From Octopus bimaculoides (Eukaryota): 63,574 bases of DNA. A program made the translations under genes and the position numbers. Every line of letters starts with the position of its first letter. Positions within the stretch are counted from its first letter, which is position 1. Under the pieces are notes generated by a model. That model was not told where the DNA came from. It saw nothing but the letters and a program-made list of their open reading frames with translations, and did no database searches. The DNA lies in contig NC_069001.1 of assembly GCF_001194135.2 (NCBI RefSeq), positions 32,032,912 through 32,096,485 on the forward strand. The letters are read 5' to 3'. Shown in pieces: positions 24,525 through 36,521 of the stretch.

Positions 24525-25166
24525 GTAAATATACCTTAATGTAGTTTTGCTCCTATGTCACCTTTGATCAAACAGACCCATGATCAAAGGTATACCAGTG
24601 TGTCCCACAGTACATTATCCCACATGTCCTTTTTACTGGCCCCACAAGTCATGGATAATTTTCAGAAACCTCTGGTCTAGCAGTGCCATACATATACATA
24701 TATACAACGGGCTTCTTTAGTTTCCATCTACCAAATCCACTCAGAAGACACTTTTTTTTTTGTTGAATGAATTCCAGTGACCGCCTAATACACCACAAAA
24801 CCCTTTTTGGGGTTTGGAAAACAGGGTGGGGTGTGGTTGAAGCCTCGGAAATTTCAGCCTCCCTGCCACAATTTTCAAATATTTTTTGCTGTTTCTTTCT
24901 TTATCCATATTTTTAGACAACATTTTGCAGAAATAGGTTTTTGAGAGAATGTGGATTACAAAAGATTGAAAATTCAAAGAAGTTTGAAATGAATAAGTGA
25001 AAATGCAGAGGTTATAGACGTTAGAGTCATACCGAAGTCAGTGGAGAGATAAAGAATGATAAATAATTAATCTAAAAAAAACACATTGGTTTGTGCATGT
25101 GTATGAAACAAGTAAAAGTATACAGTTCTATATTTAAGAGATGAGGAATTATGTACATTATTTACA

Positions 25167-25373
25167 TTATTTATATTTGACAGATATTTGTCCTCATCTT
25201 GTTTGTTGTTAAGACGTTTCAGCTGATATACCATCCAACCTCCATCAGGTGTCCAGCCTTCATCAGGTTCGAAATTTTCCCAACATACCTGATGAAGGCT
25301 AGAGAATATATCAGCCGAAATGTTGTGTTAACAACAAACAAGATGAGGTCAAATATCCGTCAAATGTAAATAA
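25167..25373. repeat. Inverted pair of Penelope-like terminal repeat fragments forming a ~200-nt hairpin
   Basis: Left arm ttattta..tttgacagatatttgtcctcatcttgtttgttgttaa is the reverse complement of the right arm; same family as 19186-19325. Confidence 0.8.
25285..25328 (+). ncRNA. Second minimal hammerhead ribozyme motif, sense to the C3 pre-mRNA
   Basis: ATAC-CTGATGA-A-GGCT(agagaatatatc)AGCC-GAAA-TGTT-GTGT; stem I reduced to about 4 bp. Confidence 0.55.
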
Positions 25374-28343
25374 AGTAAAAGTATAATATTAAAACAAAAA
25401 TATCTTTTTCATACGTGTTAGAATCACTGGATATAATATATAAGATATAATAATCCCAGATTACAGAATAGATTTGAAACACTAAAGCAGTTTTCCTTTG
25501 CAATTTTTGGCAACGAAATCATGTTTCATTTTTGTATGACAAGAGAGGGAGTGAGTGACGAGTTTACCTGGTATAGGAATATATTATATATATCATTATC
25601 ATCATCATTTAACGTCTGCTTTCCGTGCTGGCATGGGTTGGACGATTTGACTGAGGACTGGAAAGCCAGGAGGCTGCATCAGGCTCCAATCTGTTCTGGC
25701 AAGCTGGATGCCCTTCCAAATGCCAACCACTCCAAGAGTGTAGTTGATGCTTTTTAAAGTACCATTCGGGCGTGGTCGATGCCAGTACCGCCTGACTGGC
25801 CCTCATGTTGGTGGCATGTAAAAAGCACGCACTGGGAAGTACAACCACACGATTTTCACTAAGGAAAACAAAACTCGGATTTTTTGCATGGAATCAAGTA
25901 CTCTTACCTCCTGATATGCTGCAAATCCCTTATTTTTGTTCGGGAAAAAAGGGGTGNNNNNNNNNNNNNNNNNNNNNNNNNNNNNNNNNNNNNNNNNNNN
26001 NNNNNNNNNNNNNNNNNNNNNNNNNNNNNNNNNNNNNNNNNNNNNNNNNNNNNNNNNNNNNNNNNNNNNNNNNNNNNNNNNNNNNNNNNNNNNNNNNNNN
26101 NNNNNNNNNNNNNNNNNNNNNNNNNNNNNNNNNNNNNNNNNNNNNNNNNNNNNNNNNNNNNNNNNNNNNNNNNNNNNNNNNNNNNNNNNNNNNNNNNNNN
26201 NNNNNNNNNNNNNNNNNNNNNNNNNNNNNNNNNNNNNNNNNNNNNNNNNNNNNNNNNNNNNNNNNNNNNNNNNNNNNNNNNNNNNNNNNNNNNNNNNNNN
26301 NNNNNNNNNNNNNNNNNNNNNNNNNNNNNNNNNNNNNNNNNNNNNNNNNNNNNNNNNNNNNNNNNNNNNNNNNNNNNNNNNNNNAATATTAAGGAGTTTG
26401 CAGCATATTAGGAGGTTAAGGTACTTGATTAGACGCAAAAAATCCGGGGGTTTTCTTTTTTCTTAGTGAAAATCATGCGGGTGAATGTATCAAAATTGAC
26501 CGATTTTTGTGCTAATCTCCTCCCTTCAAAACTGTTGGCTTTGTATATAAATTAGGAACAATTGTTATTGTTGTTGTTTTGGTTGCTTTTCTCAGAAAAT
26601 CGTGTATGTAATGAACAGCGGAGGAAACAAATATATGTATTTAGTAATGACACGATTATCTCCCTTGCACACCATTTGCTTGGTTAGCTCCCTTGAATTT
26701 CATGGCTTCAGACCAGTTGTTCCCAAACTATTTTTCTCTGAGCAGCATTTTCGGAATGAAAATTTGCTCGTGCTTCACCAAAGGTCTAGAGAGAGGGTTG
26801 AAGGGTGATAACCGCCGATTCGAAGTCAGAACATTATCTCTCCTCCAATTTGCGGACCTTAGTTACTAATTTCTTAATACGGTTACGCCGAAAACGGGTG
26901 GTGTGCGTATTCTTTACCTCCACCACATATCGATCCCAGGAATTATTTATTTTTAAAGACTGGTACTTATTCTATCATTCTCTTTTGCCGAACCGATAAA
27001 TTACGGAGACATAAACACACCAACACCGGTTGTCAAACGGGGGAGGGGAGCAAACAAAGACACACACAACGAGATTCTTTCAGTTTCCATGAACCAAATC
27101 CGCTCACAAGGCTTTGGTTGGCCCGAGGCTGTAGCAGACGATACTTGCCCAAGATGCCCCGCAGTGGGACTGAACATGGAATGATGTGATTGGGAAGCAA
27201 GCTTCTTTATTTCATGAAATTCGCCATTAAAGGCGACTAAACTTATAGAAAATTTCATTAAAAAAATATCTGAAAAGTTAAAAGTAAATCATTCAGGTGG
27301 TGGGTACGCTTGTGAAAGTATGCCAATTTCTCTTTATAAAAAGAAACAGGAGTGAATACAACGATATATGTGTGGAGTTTTTAATTACTACTTTTAAAAT
27401 AACAGTGAAACAATAATAAATGTGACATAGAGAGATCAATGATAGAAGACAAAATGTCGTACTTCTTCAATTTTCGGTTAAGGCTGATTTAAATTAAACT
27501 GTAGTTGGTAGTCAGATACAAAACATGTATATGTCATCTTCTATCATAAAGGGAATTATAGTGACACTTATTTTCAATGATTAAAAAGCATGTGTTACAG
27601 GAAAAATAATGAAAAATTACCTACCAGAAGTAAAACTAAGTTTTCTGGTTCCAGAAACGGTTGCGTGTCGAACTAAAATCCTTGTAACATTTAGTTGCAT
27701 TTCTACATGCATTGAGTTCGAATTCCGATGGGTTCGACTTCATTTTGTTTGTTTTCTTTCTAATTTTTTTTCTCCCCCCTACAAAATATAAAGAGTAGAC
27801 GGGCACGTTTGTCAGCCCTTGTCTCCAGTTCCATAGCTTGGCCTTGCAAACGGAAATTCATGAATCGAGCTGTCGATGTCTACAGCAGGGCTCGCTAGTA
27901 CTTGACAAGGCTAATTGTAGCTGTAGGAAAGATTTTGTTCAAGATTCAGTGCTGCTGTCTTACAGATTCATCAATAGTCATATTTTTCTCTGAAAGTATC
28001 AGCCCTGCATGTTTTATTGAAAGAGAAAACAAACTAACAGATGGTACGTCACCATAGCCTATGACTGATAGCTTAGTTGACATGATAGGTGAAGGTTCCA
28101 AGTGAGAGATACCAAGGAATTTCTGCAGTGCTCGTTGTTATCCCTCTAATCCAAGGGAGATAAATACGCCGGTTAATATATAATAGAATTACCTTCCTTA
28201 AATGAATATCGTCTGCATAGGACCCTGTCAGAGAATCGGGAAACCCCGCGTCCTCGGACGAACTTTATCCAACATGGAAATTTTGAAACCTTCGGATGAC
28301 GAAGTCTCTTGGAAAAATCATATGAATGGGGCAAAAAAAAAAG

Positions 28344-28902
28344 GGTTAAACTAAAGCGTTTCACCCGAGCTCAAAAACGAAAAAAAAATTAGTCTAATAG
28401 GTGTAAAAGAACTTGCTGTGAACGAATATGAAAAAAAAAAAAGAAAAAATGCGCGCTCGTAANNNNNNNNNNNNNNNNNNNNNNNNNNNNNNNNNNNNNN
28501 NNNNNNNNNNNNNNNNNNNNNNNNNNNNNNNNNNNNNNNNNNNNNNNNNNNNNNNNNNNNNNNNNNNNNNNNNNNNNNNNNNNNNNNNNNNNNNNNNNNN
28601 NNNNNNNNNNNNNNNNNNNNNNNNNNNNNNNNNNNNNNNNNNNNNNNNNNNNNNNNNNNNNNNNNNNNTACACCTATTACACTAATTTTTGTTCGTTTTT
28701 GAGCTCGGGTCAAACACTATAATTTAGAGGCCATGGACTGACGATGTGTGACGATGTGAATGTTCCGAGCCCTCTCCCCACTCCCCATTTCGCGAGCGCG
28801 CATTTTTTTTTTTTTATATATTCGTTCGGAGCAAGTTGTTTTACACCTATTAGATTAATTCTTTTTCGTTTTCGAGCTCGGGTCAAACGCCTTAGTTTAA
28901 CC
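28344..28902. repeat. ~115-bp inverted repeat arms (28344-28459 / 28793-28902) flanking an N gap, with a third partial arm at 28669-28715
   Basis: ggttaaactaaagcgtttcacccgagctc... matches the reverse complement of ...gagctcgggtcaaacgccttagtttaacc. Confidence 0.8.
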
Positions 28903-30174
28903 AAAAAAGTCTAATCTGTAAGATGAAAACCCTAATTTTAAATAGTTTGATAATAAAACAGGTGGAATATTCTGGCCAGATATGGCTGGTTTAAATGTTA
29001 TAGGGTTAAGGCATTAAAAACTTTTGTCTTCCTGTATATGCGGTGTTGGAATTGGGGTACAGTTAAGCCCATACGTCTTTTATGGCATCAAATGTAGTAC
29101 TAGGGGATCGACCCACTGGTTAGAACATTGTCTTGAGTGTCATTGAGATTCATGCCCTTTTTATCAAGTTGAGGATTTCAGCACTAATATCTCGGCTGAG
29201 TTCTGAAAGCATCTGAAAAGAACACAACTTGGCTCTTACAAAGCTTCAAATAAGATTCAGCAGTCTCACATCTCCCAAGATAAATAATCTTTTCTACTCT
29301 AAGCACAATGCCTGAAATTTNNNNNNNNNNNNNNNNNNNNNNNNNNNNNNNNNNNNNNNNNNNNNNNNNNNNNNNNNNNNNNNNNNNNNNNNNNNNNNNN
29401 NNNNNNNNNNNNNNNNNNNNNNNNNNNNNNNNNNNNNNNNNNNNNNNNNNNNNNNNNNNNNNNNNNNNNNNNNNNNNNNNNNNNNNNNNNNNNNNNNNNN
29501 NNNNNNNNNNNNNNNNNNNNNNNNNNNNNNNNNNNNNNNNNNNNNNNNNNNNNNNNNNNNNNNNNNNNNNNNNNNNNNNNNNNNNNNNNNNNNNNNNNNN
29601 NNNNNNNNNNNNNNNNNNNNNNNNNNNNNNNNNNNNNNNNNNNNNNNNNNNNNNNNNNNNNNNNNNNNNNCGAAATACCGCTAAGCATTTCACTCAGTGT
29701 GCTAACGTTTCTGCCAGCTCACCACCTCCTCCAAGATAAATAATATTTGAATAGTACAGTTAAAGATATGTTATTTCGCTTCTTGTCACATTTTTGAATC
29801 CTTGCACTTGGATAGTTTGTGCATCTTCTATGTTTTATTTTCACCTTATTTCGTTCATTTAGTGAAATCTCTTCTTTCTTACATAAGACTATGACAGATG
29901 ACACTTCATACAATTCACTTGGGTCATTTTAAAGGGAACTATATGTAGTCTTTGTGAAAGGGGCAAAGCCTAGTGACTAAGGAGTTGCCCTCACAAACAC
30001 ACACATAAAGACATGTCCCCCCACACACACACACATACACATACTGAGTCCCATACACACACTCACAAATTCCTATACAAACATACATACAGTTTCTTGT
30101 ATATATGTAATTATATTTACACACATGTTTATGTGTAATTTTATGATCCCTAATGTTATAATCCCACTTTGCAG

Positions 30175-30273
30175 GTGTCCCCTATGTGGAGAGTCATGTC
30201 AGACCCGGACTGGGGTCAGATTAAATAGTTGGTCCATAAAAGATTACTCCATTTGTATGACAATATATCTCAG
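30175..30273 (+). CDS. C3: C3-like exon (Cys-rich insertion, MG8 start): GCPLCGESCQTRTGVRLNSWSIKDYSICMTIYLR
   Basis: cactttgcAG / GTAAGT, phase 2->2 fits both neighbours. Confidence 0.88.
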
Positions 30274-30423
30274 GTAAGTGCTATTATCAAAATATAATTT
30301 ATAACACACCTCTCTCTCTCATACACATACACACACACACACTCTCTATTCCTCTCTCTCTCTCTCTCAATCTCTTTCCCTTTTTCTATCTCATATGCTC
30401 TTTTTCCTATTTTATTTCCCATG

Positions 30424-30455
<32 letters not shown>

Positions 30456-30746
30456 CTATCTAATTTTTTCTGTCAGTCATGTCTTTTTTTCTGTATCAGT
30501 CTCTCTTCTTTCCTTAGTCCTTTTCTTTCTCTCTCTTACCTTTGCTTCTCCATATTTTTCATTTTCTATTTCTCTCATGCTCTCTCTGTCTCTCTCCATC
30601 TCTCTCACCCTCTTGTTCTTTATCTATCTATCTATCTATCTATCTTATAATATTTATGATTTCCATGACATGAATCCCTAGCACAAGTGGTGATGTCAGT
30701 AATCATTTATACCTGTAATTCATTATTTCCTGATATAATTTCACAG

Positions 30747-30834
30747 GTACCTTGGTAGAACCAATCCTGGAATGGTGGTACTTGATATGGATTTACTAAC
30801 TGGCTACGACACACCTGAAGAACTTCTAAGACAG
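30747..30834 (+). CDS. C3: C3-like exon (MG8): YLGRTNPGMVVLDMDLLTGYDTPEELLRQ
   Basis: atttcacAG / GTAATT, phase 2->0; 'M..LD..L.TG' motif. Confidence 0.95.
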
Positions 30835-32098
30835 GTAATTTCAACAGCATTTCTTCTCATTAGGATGCCATACTCAGTGATATCCATTGTGACAGACAGA
30901 ACTCATTTCTGTGTGCAGCTACAAGGTGAACTTTTGAACCAACACACTATCAGATGTGCACACGCACATGTGTGCGAGCAAGCGAAGGAGGAAATAAGGA
31001 AGGAAGGGAGAAAGTGAGCGAGGGAGGGAAGGAGGAAGAGAGCGAGGGTGGGAGGGAGGAAGCAAGCAAGCAAGGGAGGAAGTGAGCAAGGGAGGGAGGA
31101 AGCAAGCANNNNNNNNNNNNNNNNNNNNNNNNNNNNNNNNNNNNNNNNNNNNNNNNNNNNNNNNNNNNNNNNNNNNNNNNNNNNNNNNNNNNNNNNNNNN
31201 NNNNNNNNNNNNNNNNNNNNNNNNNNNNNNNNNNNNNNNNNNNNNNNNNNNNNNNNNNNNNNNNNNNNNNNNNNNNNNNNNNNNNNNNNNNNNNNNNNNN
31301 NNNNNNNNNNNNNNNNNNNNNNNNNNNNNNNNNNNNNNNNNNNNNNNNNNNNNNNNNNNNNNNNNNNNNNNATAAAGACAGGGGCTAAGCATTTTCCCCA
31401 GTGTGCTAATGATTCTACCAGCTTAATAATGGCAAACCTATTTTACTAGATTCATCATTGTTTTCAAAACTGAGCATTAAAAAAAACCCCAAAGGTCATG
31501 TATTTCAACAGAAATACAGCAACAAGTGTTAAAGACATTCTTAGTTAAAAACCCACCATAAGAATCTCATGTTGATATATGTCTTAAACACCAGCTTAAG
31601 AATGACAAAATTATTTCTTCATTATTTCCAAAATTAATTAAGACAAAGGCAGTGAATTTCAACAGATATATGGTAGCAAAAGGTTTAAAATATGTATGAT
31701 ATTTCAATACTAGAACACCTGTCTTGTCTGCAAGAAAAATAGGTTTGAGTCCTGCGAGCAGCTTTTGAATTTTTCTGAACTGTTGAGCCAGCAGAATCAT
31801 TCACATGCTGGACAAAATGTTTAGTGGCATCTCATCTGTCTTTTTGTTCTGAGCTCAAATTCTGCTAAGGTCAACTTTGCCTTTCATCCTTTAGGGGGTC
31901 GATAAAATAAATATCAGTTGTGCGCTGAGGTTGATGTTATGGACTTACTCCCTACATGAAATTGCTGGCCTTGTGCCAAAATTTGAAACATACAATATTT
32001 TTTTAAAATTTGAATGTATGATATTTTTTATAATTTGAAATGTATGATATTTTTTTAAAATTTTAAATGTTACTTATGAAATTTGTTTTTCTTTATAG

Positions 32099-32170
32099 CT
32101 GGTCTATGACAAAGTTATTGCCAAGTATTACAAACACGAAAGCTCTCGCCTGATATTATATTTCAATACG
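32099..32170 (+). CDS. C3: C3-like exon (MG8): LVYDKVIAKYYKHESSRLILYFNT
   Basis: ttctttatAG / GTAAAT, phase 0->0; 'LI.Y' motif. Confidence 0.92.
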
Positions 32171-32584
32171 GTAAATATTTTGGCATATTTCTTGAACAAA
32201 CGTTTTTTTTTTGTTGTTTTTTGTTTTTAATTTCTTTCCACTTGTTTCTTTATGCTATCAAGATCATCATCATCATCATTATCATTATCAATATAACCAT
32301 CTTCTGAATATTGGTCGATGGTGACAAGGATGACAACAACAACGATGATAGTGATGTTGGCAACAACAACAGTGATGGTGATAGTGGTAATGGTGGTGGT
32401 AATGGTGGTGGTGATGACGACGACGACAAAGTTGACAATAATGATAATGACAATAATAACGACAATGACAACAACTATGATGACAATGATGACAATGATG
32501 ACAACAACGGTTGACAGTGATGATGATGATGATGATGATGATGTTAATGACATGAGGATTATGTTTTTTCTGGTTTTGTTCTAG

Positions 32585-32693
32585 GTACCCTATTTCAGAA
32601 GTTTGAAAATCAATCTTCTACTCTTCCGTTCGGTAACTATATACAACCACTTAATGCCGGCTCCTATCCATGTTTACTCCTACTACAGAAAGA
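32585..32693 (+). CDS. C3: C3-like exon (MG8): VPYFRSLKINLLLFRSVTIYNHLMPAPIHVYSYYRK
   Basis: tttgttctAG / GTGAGA, phase 0->1; 'P....VY.YY' motif. Confidence 0.92.
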
Positions 32694-32901
32694 GTGAGAA
32701 TATTTTTTTACATTTCTTTTATCATTTTATTATTATCATTATATGTGGGGGATGGTCATTTTCTCATCTTTTTTTTTTTTTTTGGCCAATTAACACATAC
32801 AATTTATTTATCATAACGCTATAATAATAATATAATGCTGAACTTTCTTTTGTTTCATTTTTAATATTTTTTATCATATATTTTTATGATTTTCCCCTCA
32901 G

Positions 32902-32997
32902 GTGTGAGTTGTACTAAATTCTACCAATTATCAACTAAAAAGGAATTGGTAAATCTTCTCTGCGATGAAGAAAGAGCAGTGTGCAAGTGTACCCAGA
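32902..32997 (+). CDS. C3: C3-like exon (MG8/anchor): SVSCTKFYQLSTKKELVNLLCDEERAVCKCTQ
   Basis: ttcccctcAG / GTATGT, phase 1->1; 'SCTKFY...LC....C.C' motif. Confidence 0.96.
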
Positions 32998-33275
32998 GTA
33001 TGTAGACTTTCTTTGACATATTGCTTTGTATCAATTCATAATACGTTTGTTGTTGTTGTTGTTGTTGCTGCTGCCAATGGTGTTACTGTTGTTGCTGCTG
33101 CTGATGGTGGTATTGTGGTTGTTGTTGTTGCTGTTACGAAGGCAACTGGTTTAGTGGTTAGGATATTCATCCCATGATTGTAAGGTTGTGTGTTCAATTC
33201 CCAGCACTGCATTGTGTCCTTGAGCAAGACACTTTATTTCACATTGCTGGGAAAAGTTAGCTGTACATGTAATTC

Positions 33276-33756
33276 AAAGGGCCCAGCCTTGTGACAGTCT
33301 GTGTCATTGAAGGGCCTAGCCTTGTCACATTCTGTGTCATTGAAGGGTCCAGCCTTGTCAGATTCTGTGTCATCGAAGCGCCCAGTCTTATCACATTCTG
33401 TGTCACCAAAGGGCCTAGCCTTGTCACATTCTGTGTCACCAAAGGGCCTAGCCTTGTCACATTCTGTGTCACCAAAGGGCCTAGCCTTGTCACATTGTGT
33501 TATCGAAGGGCCCAGCCTTGTCACATTCTATGTCATGGAAGGGCCTAGCCTTGTCACATTCTGTGTCACCAAAGCGCCCAGCCTTATCACATTCTGTGTC
33601 ACCAAAGGGTCTAGCCTTGTCACATTCTGTGTCACGAAAGGGCCTAACCTTGTCACATTCTGTGTCATAGAAGGGCCCAGTCTTGTCACATTCTATGTCA
33701 TGGAAGGGCCCAACCTTATCACATTCTGTGTCACCAAAGGGCCCAGCCTTGTCACA
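33276..33756. repeat. 33-bp minisatellite, about 14-15 units (aaagggcctagccttgtcacattctgtgtcacc) inside a SINE-like element
   Basis: Direct reading; also seen as 11-aa periodic ORFs in several frames. Confidence 0.95.
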
Positions 33757-33931
33757 CTGAATTTCCCTGAGAACTGTGTATAGGGTATACATGTCTGTGG
33801 AGTGCTCAACCACTTACATGTTCATTTCACAAGGAGGTTGTTCCTTTGATTGGATCAACTGGAACCCTCGTCGTCCTAACCAACAAATGCCAGTGCCAGG
33901 AATTTAGCTCTTTTACTTAGCTGGGCAAGTA

Positions 33932-34257
33932 TTCTCATACACAAAATAAATAAATAAATAAATGAATACGGGAGCACTACAAACATGAAGAGTTTCATCC
34001 CTCGCAGAAATATTTTGCAATATTTTATGTTTCTTCCACAGGGGAATGTATCACATGTTATGAGGACAGAAGCCTGTTGATGAGCATCANNNNNNNNNNT
34101 TCTCATACACAAAATAAATAAATAAATAAATGAATACGGGAGCACTACAAACATGAAGAGTTTCATCCCTCGCAGAAATATTTTGCAATATTTTATGTTT
34201 CTTCCACAGGGGAATGTATCACATGTTATGAGGACAGAAGCCTGTTGATGAGCATCA
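33932..34257. repeat. Exact 158-bp direct duplication (33932-34089 = 34100-34257) across a 10-N gap
   Basis: Identical sequence on both sides of the gap. Confidence 0.9.
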
Positions 34258-34302
34258 ACATGAACCTTTTAGAGAAAAAAGCTTGCATTAAGGACCAAAT
34301 CG
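34210..34302 (+). CDS. C3: C3-like exon (C345C start): RECITCYEDRSLLMSINMNLLEKKACIKDQI
   Basis: ttcttccacAG / GTAAAT, phase 1->1; 'KAC' motif; partial duplicate at 34042-34089. Confidence 0.92.
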
Positions 34303-35209
34303 GTAAATATTTAATTCCTTTATTTATTTCACACCACCCCATCTTCCTCCTCCCAAATCATTCCCCACACCCCCTCTTCTTCATCCAAAATTATTCTACA
34401 CACATCCTTTAAGATTCTCTGCTTTTTCCAAAAATCCATCCAACAGGTTTTTCTAAAGACATTAGCTGAGACTAGAATTTGAAACTGGATCTCAGACTTG
34501 ACTTACTGAGCTCACTTGGTATCTGTTCTGTAATGTTCCCCAAACTGACCCTAAGCTGACCTCAGGCTGACCAATGCCTTGTGACAGAATTTGGTAGATG
34601 GAAACTGTGTGGTAGCCCAGCATACATGTGTGTGTGTGTGTCTGTGTGTGTTGTGTTGTGTTCTTGCATTTGTGTCTGTCACTCATCCAAAACTAAATAT
34701 CCAGTGTTAGTTTGTTTACATCCCCATAAATTAGTCATTCAGCAAAAGAGGTGTTTTTATGTTCATTTATTCAACTAAACCTTTCAAGGCAATGCCCCAG
34801 CTTGGCCACAGTCAAGTGACTGAAACTAGCAAAAGATGTATGTATGTATGTATGTGTGTGTGTCTATATATATGCTTGTGAAATTAACGTGCAAGTGGCT
34901 GAGCACTCCACAGACACATGTACCCTTAACGTAGTTCTTGAGGAGAATCAGCATGAAACAGTGTGACAAGGCTGGCCCCTTTGAATTACAGGTACAACAG
35001 AAACAGGAAGAAAGAGTGAGAGAAGGTTGTGGTGAAAGAGTACAGCAGGGTTCGCCACTGCCCCCTGCTGGAGCCTCATGTAGCTTTAGGTGTTTTTGCT
35101 CAATAAACACTCACAACGCCTGGGAATTGAAACCGTGATCCTACAACCGCAAGTCCGATGCCCTGACCACTGGGCCATTGCGCCTCCACGCCTATATGTA
35201 TATATTACA

Positions 35210-35257
<48 letters not shown>

Positions 35258-36446
35258 TACATATATGTAAACATATATATCTATATATAGATATATATAT
35301 CCATATCCATATATATATTTGTGTTTATATGTATTCACACACGCACATATGTACATGATAATTGAATTTATTTTCTCAGTTTTAATAGATAATTGTTTAA
35401 ATTTTATTTAGGTCCTTTTGTATATTAAATAATTTCACTAAAAAAACCTATCTCCCTCATTTTATATTATATTGATTTGCAAAATGCCTCACAAAACCAA
35501 TCTACCATGTAAAACCCTGGGTTAACTATATTACAATCATGTTTGTAATCATATTTTGAATTACGTTTTTTTTATATATTTTAATTAAATCTTGAATATT
35601 CTAAACATATCTTTAATCCTAATTTTTATTACTTTTTGAAATCTTTTTTAAATTATAATCATATTTCGAAGAATATTCTAATCAAATTTTTAATCTTACA
35701 TTTTAATTATATTACAGCCCTATTTTTAATCTAATTTTTAACCAGTTTCATCATATTTTATTCATATTACTAATATTTTAATCAAATACAGATGGCTTAG
35801 CAGTAGTTCATCTAACTCTACATTTTGAGTTCAAATCCTGCCATGGTTGACCCTGCCTTTTGCCCTTGTGGAGTTGATAAAATAAGTACCAATTGAGCAG
35901 GGGTGGGGTGATGTAATCGCCCTATCCCCTCCCCTAATATTACTGGCCTTGTACTAAAATTTAAAACTAATATTTTAATCAAATATCCAATTTTAGTTAT
36001 GGTTATAATCATCTTTTTAGGAATATTCTAATCAGATTCTTTATCCTATATTTTAATTGTATTTTTAACTAAGTTTATTTTCTCTATCCAAAAGGGTTTT
36101 TAACCCAATAAAGTAAAAATAAGTACCCCCTTCGGTCATGAATGACCATGGGATTGCACCTAAAAAATTCCCGTCTGAGCAAGGTTGTTTATGCATGTGT
36201 TTTTTGAGATATACTATTAAAAAAAGAATTATTTCACTTTCTCTTCAAAGTTTATAAAATTCTCATATCACCATATTAGCATTTCAATCAAACATCCTAT
36301 TTTAAATATAGTTATAATCATATTTTTAATTTTATTAAGAATATTTTTATCATATTTCCAGTCCTCTTTTTAATAATATTGTTAACCAATTTCAATCCTA
36401 TTTTAAACTTATTCTAATCTTATTTTTAATCCTGTCTTTCATTCAG

Positions 36447-36521
36447 TAATGGTGGTCAATGTAACACAACCATTCGACATGGAAGGAATGGCACGTGGTA
36501 GAGTTGTATCCCTGTTAGCAG
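36447..36521 (+). CDS. C3: C3-like exon (C345C): VMVVNVTQPFDMEGMARGRVVSLLA
   Basis: ctttcattcAG / GTAAGA, phase 1->1. Confidence 0.85.

Noticed and set aside
32227-32584. Asp/Asn/Gly-rich or Val/Ile-rich ORFs
   Set aside because: Compound trinucleotide low-complexity tract inside a 414-nt C3 intron
33234-33813. Several overlapping ORFs with 11-aa periodicity (TECDKARPFGD, VTFCVTKGPSL)
   Set aside because: By-product of a stop-poor 33-bp minisatellite open in most frames on both strands
34042-34089. Extra tandem C345C exon
   Set aside because: Truncated at a gap and 100% identical with its flank to the downstream copy; likely an assembly overlap
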